Source: Pelomyxa schiedti (taxonomy: Eukaryota; Protista; Evosea). Taken from it: 64,000 nucleotides of DNA. This document shows positions 51,843-64,000 of the stretch, piece after piece (the stretch's first letter is position 1; each line of letters begins with the position of its first letter). The stretch covers positions 1-64,000 of the forward strand of contig JAHLWZ010000183.1 of assembly GCA_020536535.1 (NCBI GenBank), read 5' to 3'. The notes beneath the pieces were generated by a model. That model did not search any database. It saw only the letters and a program-made list of their open reading frames with translations, and was not told the DNA's origin. The position numbers and the translations under genes are program-made.

Positions 51843-52643
51843 TAACTTTGTTGTGATGTCAAGAAAAATAAATGTTCTTTTTATATTTTTGAATTTGAGT
51901 GGGACTCGCACTTTTATTTCTCTTTGGGGTGTGGTTCCTGGGCAACACCAACCGTTTTCCCACACTACCCAAAGAAAAGGGAGGACCAAGGGAACACACC
52001 ACATACAAAACTCACTGGGAGAAGGGGCAGGTGATTTTTGCCTTGTATTCTTGTGGCCTGGTTCCCATAATCCCGAGCCCGGATAAATTCACACGGTAAA
52101 AAGTGATTGTTCGAGCCCTTCTCTTCGGGTGTTGTGTGCTCAATTGCGTTTCTGCTTCTTCGAAATCTATCATCTACTATCTTGCTTATATGCTGAGGAA
52201 GATCTACTGGCAGAGTACTTCGTAAGTTTGGCCTAGCCAAACTTAATCACCCTGGCCCCACCAGGGTGAACTAGTCTACTTGTGGGTTGTGTAATGCAGC
52301 CCGCAGGTGGACAAAAAACCCTCCCGTGTTGACTTTGTCCCCTTAACAGGGGACATAGACTACACATTCCCCAAACCAAAAACCAATTTGCCAGAGACTC
52401 CCCATCACACAATACCCATTTTTTTGGGTAGAAAAAGAAAGAAAGAAGGGTGTCTAAGTTGTACGACCTCACACACAAGTTTAGTCGTTGGAGTGGGGAA
52501 CACACACAACCGCAACAAAAGATGGGTACGCCCTCAACTGACAGGATTGGTAATCAGAAGTACTTCTGAGAAAAACACTGCAAGTTGGTTGGGATGCTGC
52601 TGTTCGGTTCAACCAACCGTTGTAAAAGAAAAAAAACCAAAAA

Positions 52644-53590
52644 ATGGCAGCTACCTCCTCGACAGCTACGAGCAGGCAGAAGGACGCCAGGGAGTCGGCC
52701 GAGTTTGCCTTTGCAAGGCACATCCAGGCCGCCATGGGAGAATTATGGGTGGAGGACGTTCGTCCGCTCGTGTCGACGCAGGACGAGGACGACGGCCAAA
52801 TCTCCACGTCGGTCAGTGCTTTGATATATCTTGGTGTCAATCGCCGTTTGATCCCAGGTGTCAAACGGAGTATCTCTTGTCTTGTGAAATATTTGCTATT
52901 TATCATTATGGGGGCATATTTTTCGAGTAGAAGGAATGACATTAATCGAGTGTAGTATAATAATTTCTTTTTGCTCTATTAATTATCTCATTTGCACGTT
53001 TTCTGTAGGGAATATTTTGCAAGTTGGCTTTCACTGCAAACAAAAAAATCTACTGACCAAGGAAAGTGAGGTGTGCCAGCTTTTGTTCTGTGTCATTATT
53101 TGTTGGGGGGTGTTGATTACCCAAAGGAATGGATAACACTTCCAATGGATGTAATAGAAGAAGAAGACAACTATATGTTGTACACAATGGAGCTGTTCTT
53201 TAAGTGGTACTCCAAAGACCGGCAGGGAAACATAACGTAAGAAAAACACCAAGTATCATTTTCCCTTGCCACTTATGACATAATTCTTCTCAAGGTGGCA
53301 GAGAAACATGGAATATGAGGGTGTCTTCCGTGTGGTCTCAATGGTTGGAACATCCATATCTGCCTACTGGCATCAAAGGAATATGTATCAAAATGTGCAG
53401 CTAACTGAGGAAACAATGGCAACAGCCAGGCAACGTCTAAATGAGTGCCTGGTGCTTTTCCCTCCTCATGTCGATTGGGACACTACAAAATCAAGGCATG
53501 CGTCATTCCCGTATTTCACTTTTTCTAAAACCTTGGCTAGTTAGAGTCGAGGAAAAACAAGCTTGTTGTGTCTTTTTAAAAGGAAAAACG
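52644..53590 (+). CDS. Hypothetical spliced protein
   Basis: ATG-initiated exon followed by several open exons bounded by GT-AG (EWITLPMDVIEEEDNYMLYTMELFFKWYSKD; WQRNMEYEGVFRVV...). No family recognised. Confidence 0.5.
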
Positions 53591-53699
53591 ATTTGAGTTT
53601 TTTATTTTAGAATTGCGTTTCTGTTGGTTTCTTTGGGTGAGAGACGCTCCACTCATGTACAAAAGGAAAAAGCTTGTTGATCTTGGAAACCAATATTTT

Positions 53700-54999
53700 T
53701 CACAGAGCAGTCCCTCTCTCCAGGTTTTGTCGGATTTCAGCGGTGTAGGGATCATATGCTCGTGCAATCTTCTGGTTGAAGTTGCGGTTACGTTCATTGA
53801 TGTAAGTGATGTCTGGTCCCTCATAGAAGCGTCTACGCCGGCTGAAATCTCGTGCTTTCCTGTTGAAAGGGTTGGTTGAAAAGAAGTTTCAAGTGAAATA
53901 CACACTGCTTTGTCATTTCATGAACTAAACGCTCAAGATTCTCTGGTTTTGTGTGTACAGGAGTACCATGCAGTAAACTATTTGAAGTGGCGTAGACTTC
54001 ATCACCCAGCTCCTCTTTTTGTTCCTGGTATTCCTGGCGCACAGTGTCCATGCCCCTTTCAGTATCCAGAGATGATATGCGCTTCATATAGGATTTTTGT
54101 TGACATTCATCATCAAAGACTTTTGTTTGTTTAGTAAATGAAGGGAAAATGAAAAAAAAAAAGGTAGCAATGGTTGAAATTTGTATGCGTTTACCTTGCC
54201 ATCCAAAGAATTCTGTTCGGGGCTTCTTGGCAGAACGAGCTGCAGATTCAGCTGAAACATCAAGAAGCCACTGTAATTCTTGTTCTTCCTTAGACATTTT
54301 AGGTTTCTCTGGCTCATCGGAAGCTGCTGTGGTAGGATCTGTGGAGGTTGCAGTGGGGGCTGTGGTTGTAGTCGAGGCTGCAGTTGTGGTCGAGGCTGCA
54401 GTTTTTCCCTTTCGTTTGGTTGGCAGTTGCGGAGGTGCGTTTGGGCCTGTTCGTTCCTGGAGAAGCTAATAAGCACTCCTGGGATGTAGGAAAGTGTAAA
54501 ACCTTTTTTTTTCGTATTGCCTGTAACCGATACTCTCTTGCTTGTTCTTCAGGTGTAGACCCCTCCCTTTTCGCCTCTTGGAGCAGCAGTTCGTGCGCTT
54601 TTTTACGAGAAACGTTCTAGTCCAAAGTAAGAACAATGTGGAAAAAGGAAGGAAGAAACCAATTTCTGTTGCAAAGCCTGAAGCCTCTCAAAAGTAGAAG
54701 GTTTACCTTTCAAACTTAGTAAGTCATTCTCCAACGACAATTGTCGGTACGAAAAACAAACCAGCCGACGCCGTTTTGGCACTCGGTGCAGATGCAGACG
54801 AAGTCGTTGACGTGGTAGTGCTCGTGCTAGCACTAGCACTAGTGGTAGTAGACGTAGACGTAGAACTTGTTTCTTCTGACGGCACAACATCACCAACGCC
54901 ACTACTCTCAGTCACAGATCCACTCTTTTGTGCACCACTGTCACTTGCCGGTTTTGCGACACTGGTTTCCTCCGCCGCACTACCAACTTCCGATGACAT
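53700..54999 (-). CDS. SYF2: Pre-mRNA splicing factor SYF2
   Basis: EVYATSNSLLHG and the C-terminal FSRRRRFYEGPDITYINERNRNFNQKIARAYDPYTAEIRQNLERGTAL* signature. Confidence 0.93.
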
Positions 55000-55432
55000 G
55001 GTGAAATGTTAAAATTGGAATTTTTCTGATTATGGGATATTTCCGAAACAAAACAGGTTCTCGACCCAAAGATCTCACGGCCAACAACGAGAAGTCCACA
55101 ATACCACACAACAACCCATCCTTTGCCTCAGGCTCAAGGACGAAGACCACTATTTTTGGCGGTTGCGGCCCTTCTGCCCTGTGAACGGGGCTTACCGAAA
55201 TTTCCTCTCGTCAACGGGATTTCACCGAATGTCTAGTGACCGTGGCAAATATGATGAAGAGAAAAAGACAATTTAACAACACAAATAACCTAAAACATTA
55301 AAAAAAAAGCTCGGGAGAGTCCGGGTAAGCAACTCTCAAATAGACTTAAATAACAACGGCAATACAAACTACCTAGGGTAGTCACTAACATCTCACCTTT
55401 AATTACATAATATTAACATTGTACCAGAACGA

Positions 55433-57192
55433 ATGAGTAGCTCCGATTCGTCTCTCTCTTCGTCTTCTTCTTCGTCAGCCAAAGGTAGTCCTTTTGTTCT
55501 TTTACATCAGAACCCATTTACGTTTATTTCCATTATTTCTAATCCTGCGTATTTCATTATATGCGCACATAACAGGGAAGAAGGACAAGATTTCCTCCTC
55601 GTCGTCCGGTTCTTCTTTGTCAGACTTGTCATCATCAGACTCCAAAAAGAAGAAGCCAGCCAAAGCCGCAAAGCCAGCAGCCGCGGCTCCTAAAACTGCA
55701 GGGTCGCAATCGTCTTCTAAACCAGCTGCAAAGCCGGCACTTACACTAAAAGTCGATGCTAAGAAAGCAAAGAAGTCATCCTCATCCTCATCATCTTCAT
55801 CCTCAGGAGGCAAAAAGAAAACACCCAAGGTGGAAGTAAAACCTACTGCACCACATGTCGGAATAAAGGCTGCCGTAGCTGTTGATATCAAGCCCAGCAC
55901 CCCTGTCAAACCTACCCCACAGGCAGACGTCAAGGCAGCTGTAACAACACCGGCCAAGGTGGAAGTCAAAGCAGACATCAAGGTGGGAACACCACACATG
56001 GAAGCCAACATCAGTGTAAAAGCCCCAGTCCCACATATTACCCCCAAAATAGAATTGGCAGGAAAGAAGAAGTCATCCAGCTCATCCTCATCCTCATCTT
56101 CAAAGGATAAACTTAAAATCAAAGTAGTTCCACACGAAGCCACAAAACCAGCAGCAGAGCTTCCTGCCAAGATCACAGTTGAGCCTGCTGTCAAGCTCAC
56201 AGCCGAGCCTTCTGTGCAGCTCACAGCCGAGCCTGCTGTCAAGGTCACAGCCGACGTGAAGGTAGCAGCAAAGCCAGAAGTGCCAAAGCCAAAGGTGGAA
56301 GCTGACCTCTCACTCAAGAAGAAGGGATCCAAGTCGAAGTCATCCTCGTCATCCTCGTCAGGCAAGAAAAAGGGAGGAATCTCGATCGGTTTGCCACACA
56401 TTGGAAAGCCAGACTTGAAGCTGCCATCTCCAAGCCTCAAGGTCAAGGGCTCCAAGTCAAAGAGCAAGAGCAGCAGCAGCGACAGCAAGAAGAAGCCAAA
56501 GGTTGGCGTGAAGGTTGATGTTGATGCCGGCGCAAAGCTTCCAGCACCCAAGGCGGAAGTGCATGTGCAAGTTCCAGCGCCCAAACCAGAAGTGCCAAAG
56601 CCAAAGGTGGAAGCGGACCTTTCACTCAAGAAGAAGGGATCCAAGTCAAAGTCATCCTCGTCATCCTCGTCGGGCAAGAAGGCCGCAAAGGGAGGACTCT
56701 CGATCGGTTTGCCACACATCGGAAAGCCAGACTTGAAGCTGCCATCTCCAAGCCTCAAGGTCAAGGGCTCCAAGTCGAAGAGCAAGAGCAGCAGCAGCGA
56801 CAGCAAGAAGAAGCCAAAGGTCGGAGTTGACGTCAAGGTTGATGTGCCAAAGCCAGAAGCACCAAAAGCAAAGGTTGACGTGAAGGTTGATGTGCCAAAG
56901 CCAGAGGCGCCAAAACCAAAGGTTGACGTGAAGACTCCTTCCAAAGGCAAAAGAACCAAGTCTTCTTCTTCTTCCTCCAAGAAGACACCCACTGTTAAAG
57001 TTTCGGGTCCGTCTCCCATTTCCACTTCTGGTGGTGGTGGAGGATTCTTCTCTCGTTTTGGGATGAAATCATCTGGAAAAGTTGAAACCAAGGCTCCCTC
57101 TGGTTCTGTTAAAGGTGAACTCACCGTCAAACCCACGAAAAAGTCTTCGAGCTCTTCTTCCAAAGAAAAAGGAAAATCTTCTGAAAGACATC
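55433..57192 (+). CDS. Large Lys/Ser/Pro/Val-rich repetitive protein, truncated by gap
   Basis: MSSSDSSLSSSSSSSAK, an intron, then over 530 open codons of poly-Ser/Lys blocks alternating with KVDVKVDV/PKPE and GLPHIGKPDLKLPSPSLKVKG units. Near-duplicate units at about 56270-56520 and 56580-56830. Confidence 0.85.
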
Positions 57193-57292
57193 NNNNNNNN
57201 NNNNNNNNNNNNNNNNNNNNNNNNNNNNNNNNNNNNNNNNNNNNNNNNNNNNNNNNNNNNNNNNNNNNNNNNNNNNNNNNNNNNNNNNNNNN
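57193..57292. other. Scaffold gap (100 N)
   Basis: Run of 100 N. Confidence 1.
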
Positions 57293-58489
57293 ACACCCAT
57301 TCGCCAGCACAAAGCGAGGATGTAATGAGCATCGGCCAGTTCGGGCCAGACCATCTCGTCGTTGAATTTGGTGGAACTGCCCGCGCAAAGGACGGCACGA
57401 TACAACAAGGCAACTGCTGTGTCGCTGTGATCCACTTCAACAACTGGTTTCGGTCCGACAGTGTTCTTGAGTGTGCCACTTGTGATAGTGTGAGATGTGA
57501 AGTCTTTTTTTTTTGAGGGAGAGATACCTTTCAAAAGTGGGTTCTGCAGTTGTTGCACAAGATGACTTCGCAGGACTGAAAACTGGATACAGCAGTGTGG
57601 AACTGTTCGTTTCAGTTGACGACGCAGTTGGTGTTGCTGTTGGTCTGAGCGATGATGTTGGGGTGACTGTTGGTGGGCTCCTGGGCCTTGGTGCGGTTGT
57701 TGTTGTTGTTGGTGATGGTGTGATCGCTGCGGATTTTGCCAGAGTGGAACTCGCCGCAGTGGAACTGTGCATTGTTGTTGTTGTGGATGGTGGTGTTGTT
57801 GGTGTGGATGTGGGGGAACTGGTGGATGTGTTGGTGGTGGTGGTTGTGTTGGGTGATTTCTTGCCATTGGCCTTATTTACAACGCTGCTCAATAAATCAC
57901 CTCGTGGGGGAAGGGTGGGAACTGAAGCAAGACAACGCTTCAATTTTGACATCTTTGCGCGGTAAAGCAACCACGAAGCCAACGCAACGCGAGCTTGTGC
58001 CAACACCCTTGGTGGTGTCAAAGGATTGTCGTCTATAATAATCCTGCGAAGGGAAGTTGCGCCCCTGATCTCGTCCTGAGTGATCCACGGCGTGGCACTC
58101 CCAGTTATTCTGCACAATGCCAAGCAGAGCACGCAAACGTTGAGTACCAAATCGTCTTTGGAGCCCACCCAGTGAGATCCAGACGCGTCGTCGAGAATCG
58201 CCGAGACGCGGAAAGGGTCGCCGTCGCCGCCGTCGATTTCAGGGGGCGTGTAGGCGTCGTCGCACAGATCCTTGTGGGCCTTTCCGCCCAACGTGCGGAT
58301 CTTGTAGAATATGACGCGCACAGTTGACTGAGACCGGACGTTGCGTGAGTTCAGTTCGGCCGTAATCAACGTCCAATCTTCGGGCGCCAACGACTTGACG
58401 AACTCGTCCTCCTCGGCCTCCAGATCTGGCTTTGACTTGGCAACAACTCGACTTGAATCGGTGACAACGGCCGATCCTGTCGAAGGCAT
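57293..58489 (-). CDS. Hypothetical protein, 3' end lost in gap
   Basis: 350-codon first exon with GC-rich codon usage and a Thr-rich linker. A GT-AG intron near 57480-57530 leads to helical VALLYRAVL...ADAHYILALCWRMG. Confidence 0.65.
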
Positions 58490-58589
58490 CGACTGCTTTG
58501 GTTATTATTTGTTTTTTATGTTGTTTTGCGTTTGATCGCTTTTTTGTTTGTGGCACTAAACCAAGTTGATAGCGGTTCAAGTTGGATTC

Positions 58590-60752
58590 TTAAGTTCGGA
58601 ATGTGGTGATCCCAGCTTCCATCTTGGGCCTAAGATGCTTTGGAGGGGCGGCAGCGACGACGTTTGGAAAGTCTTCCCTTCGGAGAAGCCAGGTGATTAC
58701 GGCCTGTGAGCCCCAGAAGCCATCCTCATGACCAGGAATTCTCATGCCAAGGGTGCAACACACAACACCACCAACAACCGCTGTTCTGTCCCATTCCACC
58801 TCGTGGAGGTTGTTGGTGCTGTTGTTGAGGTTGCTTTGGGTGTTATTTCCTATGGCTGTGGGGACCACCTGAGATGCTGTGGGGGGTGCTGGAGATACGA
58901 CGAGATTGTAGACGTAGTCTCCCATAATGTGGTCCGCCGTGCGGGGCTCGCCTAGAACAGAGGGCAGGCACCATGTGTTGTTGTGCCATACGGGGTGGTC
59001 TGTGGTTATTTCCAGAACAGAGGCAGGGTTCCCGGATCCAATTGTTGTTACGATCTCTATTGGTTTCCCAACAGGGCATCTGTGTGAAAAATAAAAACAT
59101 ACTTCAAACTAGATGGAGGAAATCCGTACTTCCAAATACAGATCACAGTAGCAGGTTTAGTGTGCGTTGGGTCACCGTTGATTGCAGTTGCAATGAGATC
59201 ACCTACTTGTAGCTTTTTCAGAAGAATTTCCGTGCCGTTAGCCATCAATATTGTGGAATTTGGACCAAAGCAAACATATTCTTCATCCTGGGGTTTGTTA
59301 GAAAAAAAAAATACGCGCTGGTGCACACCCTCCTCCATCTTCTTGATGATGAACTTACAATAACCCACTCAGAGAAGCACTTCTCGGGATCCCACAAGAA
59401 GCTTGGATTCTTCCAACTCAAGCCATTTATTATACCAGGGTATGTCCATCTCGTGTTGTAGAGTGTATTAGTCCAAAGTGGTTCTGTTTTGGCAAAGTGA
59501 TAGAACTGCCGACATGTACGGGAAACAGCTATCAGGGAGGGGAAGTCAAGATAGCCGAGAATTCCTGGGCAAGTTAACTGATCAGTGTCCAAGCTTACTT
59601 GGATTTCAGAGTCGTATTAAAACTTACCAAGCCAGATATCGCGTGGGAAGAAACTAATTGAAGCTTGAGCAACACCCTCACTGGGTATTTGAATAGTAGA
59701 ACATTTGCTGACACTGTGAGCTTATTAAAGTGTGAATATGATCAAAGAGTTCTGTTCACACCTTACAGATGTAGTACTTTTTGGATTTGGAGTACTTTTC
59801 GAGAAGAAGCTGAAAAAGCTTTTCTTTGGTTTTTCCTCATAGCCAAAGCTTCCAGCTCTACATAGAGCCTCACATAGTTCATTTAATCCTCTCTTTAGTT
59901 TGGAACTTATTGTTGAACCACATCAGTGAGATTAATCTGAGTGGTCCTACCTGCACAGAAAGTAACCATAGGCCTGAATTTTTATTGCCGCAGTGATACC
60001 ATCCTGCAAGATGTCCTAGTCGAAGGTTAGAAAAACTGCTGGACTAGGGAAAAATATGGCAAACAGGGTAAAGGGCTTCTGAAACAAGGTCCATTTTTAA
60101 CCCAACAAGAAAAGTCATAGTCTGCGCATCACGGTCATGAAAACGTAATACTAAAAAAAACTTACCTTAGGTTTGAGTTCCCGAAGTTGATTGTTACTTT
60201 CAGTCAATACCTCCACCAGCGAAGTCTTATCTGCAGCACAATAACATAGGACGACTATATTGGCATTGGAGAAACTGTTGAGAGTCAAAGCAAGGCACAA
60301 GTCATTGTATGCACCAAAGGTCTCTCATGGGCGTGAACTGCTCACATCCCAAACTACCAATGCATTCTATTGCGTTACTTTCACAAAAAAAAAAATAAAT
60401 AACACACTCTAAAAACTCCAATAGTGTGACAGTGTCATCCATCTCAATTTGTTTGCTCCACTTGATTGGATATTAGAAAGCAAAACAGCAGCATAGGCAC
60501 AACTGATGGTTCTATTGAGCCCTCATATACACGGTCAGAGTAGATTCCATTCACACACCTGTGCTTCCATCATTGCCCAACACCAGGAAAACATTGCCCC
60601 AAAAACCCCACAACCTAACGCAAAAACAAAAAAAAAAACCACCAAACGCACGTCTCCACAAGGGTGGTTTTCCCAACGCACGACGGGCCAAACACCATCA
60701 CTTTGCCCCTCAACCGACGCTTCGTTGTGACTGACGTGCTTCCTGACCACAT
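58590..60752 (-). CDS. Fusion protein: Ras/Rap-like GTPase + F-box + Vint-type Hint domain
   Basis: KVMVFGPSCVGKTTLV; GCEQFTPMRDL; LVGLKMDL. F-box FFPRDIWLGILGYLDFPSLIAVSRTCRQFYHFAKTEPLW. Hint CFGPNSTILMANGTEILLKKLQVGDLI...LEITTDHPVWHNNTWCLP...DYVYNLVV...VGGVVCCTLG...FWGSQAVI. Confidence 0.8.
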
Positions 60753-60927
60753 GTTACGCGAAATGAAAAAAGTGAGGAAAAAGTGGCGAACCTGTTGAAA
60801 CGGCATTTGAAAAAAAGCGAATGAGCAATCATTATGTTGTTGTTGGGGGCGTTCTGGGGTTTTTTGGATTGTGTATATATTTGTAGTGGAGTGTGGTCTA
60901 GTATACGCGACAAGTGACAACGAGACA

Positions 60928-61705
60928 ATGGCGTTCAAGGTTGTGTTCATTGGGTGTTTCTAATTCTTACGGGATTTGATTTGCAGAAACTGCATGCTAT
61001 AGCGGCGGCGTTGGCGTTCCTAGCGGTTATGTGTGCTATTGTTGCTCTGTGTACTCACCATTGGATGATTCGCAAAGATGATGGGAAGTGAGTGACCGAT
61101 AAACTTGGGCATTTCCCACCTATTTTTAAACACTATGTAACTTTGAAACAGAACTTCGTACCTTGGTCTCCTCAGGGCAAAAGAATGTACCTCTGAAGGT
61201 TGCAAAAAAACGGGCTTGGGTCAGAGTGATTACTCCTCATTCAGTCACGCTGGCAAGGTGATTACTCCCCTCACTGACTTATATTTGTAGTACTATAATA
61301 GCACCAAAGTATTAACCTACAGACTGACTATATCTTATTGTTGTAATAGTTAACATGAATTTGCCGTATAATACATTAACTTGCACACACATGCAGATTG
61401 CATTCCCTTTGATTTTGGTCGGGATGGTGATCACGGCACTGGCGGCAGGCTATTACGCACTGAATTCGTTTGGATCCAGAATGACGAGCCCGGCGGCCCA
61501 TATGTGCATCAGCGCCAACGCAATTGTGGGAGCGGGCCTGGTGCTGCTCGCGTGGGTGATTTGGATTGCAGTGGTGCCACGTGGAGGCGGCTGGAGGATC
61601 GGGTTCTCGTTCTTTTTGGCAATTGCGGCCTCGGCTCTGGCGGCGGCAGCTTACGCGGCTTCGATGGTCAAGCAAAAACAGGGTGCTGCGTTGCTTGGGA
61701 GCTGA
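60928..61705 (+). CDS. Small four-transmembrane claudin/PMP22-superfamily-like protein
   Basis: TM1 AALAFLAVMCAIVALCTHHW, loop YLGLLRAKEC (GLW-C-like), and three more hydrophobic helices ending WRIGFSFFLAIAASALAAAA. Confidence 0.6.
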
Positions 61706-61888
61706 GAGTGATTCTCTTCGCTGACTGCGCGTTATGGGATTGACGGCTTTGACAGGTGTGGAGTAATAGCCCTGCAATGAGACTGGGATTCGAAAAAGAA
61801 AATTTTTTCAGATCTGTGTTGCTTGTCTTTTTTTCGGACAGAAACAATAAAAAAAAAACCAAAGAGGGGCACGACGCTGCACCGGTAG

Positions 61889-64000
61889 ATGTCGACTAAC
61901 CTCACTGATTGGGTCAACGGCAGTCTACATGACTTAGTTGGGTGCGTTTGTTTTTTCTTCTGTAACACTGGATCTTGCTCACTGTAGGCGTTGGGGAACA
62001 ACAGGTTTGCTGAGAAGAACATGGTGGGGTACGTAATCGCGCTTGCTAAAAGTGAGTCTACGCCGCAAGCGTTGTTGTCTCGCCTGCACGACGAAGGGGA
62101 TATTCCTTTGACTCCTGGAGCAGAAAAATTCGCTCGGGAACTGTTTGCTAGGGTGCCGAGAAAGACTGTTGTGGCTCCACAAAAGGTTTGCTTTTGTTTT
62201 CAATTATTTTTTCCTGGGGAGGGGATATGGGGCGTTGGGAGGGGTGGGGGACGGGGTACGGTTTTGCAGGACATCATCACCTTTCCAACAGTTTTCTCTC
62301 TTTTTATCTTCCTCTCTGTCAGAATACGGGTCTCACGCCTGAGGAAAAACAATCCTTAGAACTACTTCGAAAGGGGCAAACTTATCGCCTTGTGTTTGAC
62401 GATGACGGAGGACAAACGTCTAGTTCTACATCGGCTGCACCGGTGCAGACCACTCCGTCTTCAAGTACTTCCACATCAGTTACCTCTTCCACGTCAACTT
62501 CTTCGACCACCTCTTCCACTACGTCCACCAGCAAAATGGCAGAAGATGATGCTGATGCTGACCGAGGCAAGAAGAAGAAGCACATTCGCAAAAGGGACCT
62601 TACAGCCCACGATGAGGAGGAGGAGGATGAAAAACCAGTTGTCCCCCCACCCAAGAAGTCCAGAACTGGTTTGGCTGTCTTTTTCACACATTTCAAATTG
62701 ACTATTGTTAGAAGCTGATGAGGAAGAAGATGATTACGAAAAGGAAGAGCATGAAAAAGTTGCATTTGAAGAACGGCTCGCACTGCGCGATGCTGAGAAG
62801 ACTAAAAAAGTTGCTGAGCCCACTGAACAACCCATTACAAGTGAACAACAAGCTGAAGCCCAAAAAAGACTTAGTGCATTGAATTCAGAAAACAAGGACT
62901 CCCTTATTGCCAGACTCCGGGTTCTGTCCAGAAGAGCATACCTTGTGGTAGGTGAACACAGTAAATTTCTTGGTTGTACTAATGGCATTGCAGTTGCGAG
63001 AACCAAAGAAACTAAGAGAACTGGTTGGGGAGCTGGAAGATGAAAAATTCTTGTTTGACGGCGTTGAACTAACAGAGGAAGAGAGAGCAGAAATCGAATT
63101 AAAGAAGAGATTGTTGGAGCTTGCAAAAAAACGAATATCCTCCATGAGTACCATTCCTGATGGGTACCAAATACCAGATAGTATGCACGATTTCCTTTCT
63201 CTCACAGTTAATAGTTTTCAGGTGGTTTTGATGCCAAAGGAAAAATTGACAAGGACAAAGAATTTGCACGGTTGACAGCAAGGTACCAGTCAACCCCTGA
63301 AGAACAAAAAGACACTTTCTTTGATAACGTAGACCAACTGGAATGGGAAAAACTTCAACAAAAAGCATCAGAATTCGGGTTTGGCGCAGAAGATAAAACT
63401 GACAAACCAGTTGATTACGACCTTGTGTTTGAAGACCAAATTGAATTCATCAAAGAAGACCTACTTACCGGAAATGCTGATGCGGCCACTGGCGCAATTT
63501 CACACCTTACAGCAGCAGAGCAAATTGCTCGTTCTTTGTCTGAAACGCGCAAATCTCTTCCAATCTTTCAGTATAGAGAAGAGTTAATTCAAAGTGTCAG
63601 AAAGTATCAGACACTGATTGTTGTTGGTGAGACTGGCAGTGGAAAGACTACACAAATACCACAGTACCTTCACGAAGAGGGCTACACCAAGCGTGGCAAA
63701 ATTGGCTGCACCCAACCACGAAGAGTTGCTGCAATGTCTATTGCAAAGCGTGTATCTGACGAAATGGGCACAAAGCTTGGTACTGAAGTAGGATACACCA
63801 TTCGATTTGAGGACTGCACCACAGATAAAACTGTACTGCAGTACATGACAGATGGCATGCTCTTGCGTGAGTTTCTCAGCGAGCCCGATCTAAACAAGTA
63901 CAGTGTTATAATGATTGATGAAGCCCATGAACGCACTCTGCACACGGATATACTTTTTGGTTTGGTGAAAGATGTGGCTCGTGCAAGGCCTGACCTGAGT
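61889..64000 (+). CDS. DHX16: DEAH-box splicing helicase DHX16/Prp2 (5' part)
   Basis: N-terminal [26 protein letters not shown]...[10 protein letters not shown]; [64 protein letters not shown]. Confidence 0.95.

Noticed and set aside
55502-57388. 628-aa minus-strand ORF (and similar antisense ORFs at 9932-10924, 30915-31925, 12587-13000)
   Set aside because: These are antisense shadows of low-complexity or GC-rich coding exons. The opposite strand carries the coherent protein.

Overview
Gene-dense, intron-rich eukaryotic (protist) genomic DNA with many short introns and two 100-N scaffold gaps (733-832, 57193-57292). The gene complement (Shk-type SH2 kinase, CARMIL-like, cAMP-receptor-like GPCR, annexin) looks amoebozoan; that taxonomy is inference. 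I reconstructed about 27 spliced protein-coding genes by reading across introns: Rab4, RCC1-Sec7-PH ArfGEF, RhoGAP, secreted DUF2961/GH172-like protein, GPCR, DSP pseudophosphatase, F-box/ankyrin/P-loop protein, RMC1, CaMK1-like kinase, annexin, TDP1, RCC1/F-box protein, Arf-like GTPase, pterin-aldehyde-reductase-like SDR, Shk kinase, SAM-RapGAP, CARMIL-like, WW/coiled-coil protein, BCAT, SYF2, a Lys/Ser/Pro repeat protein, a claudin-like protein, DHX16/Prp2 and several hypotheticals. A degenerate Ty3/Gypsy pol remnant lies at about 860-2100. The most striking observation is a minus-strand gene (58590-60752) whose exons join in frame into a divergent Ras/Rap-like GTPase, an F-box and a Vint-type Hint (autoprocessing) domain with the catalytic Cys1 and TxxH motif intact. 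Also notable: several GC-AG introns that the reading frame requires, 7-14 nt micro-exons, and evidence that bases 1-732 are a misplaced assembly loop of the repeat gene at 55433-57192. All gene models and family calls are manual, from motif recognition; no searches were run.
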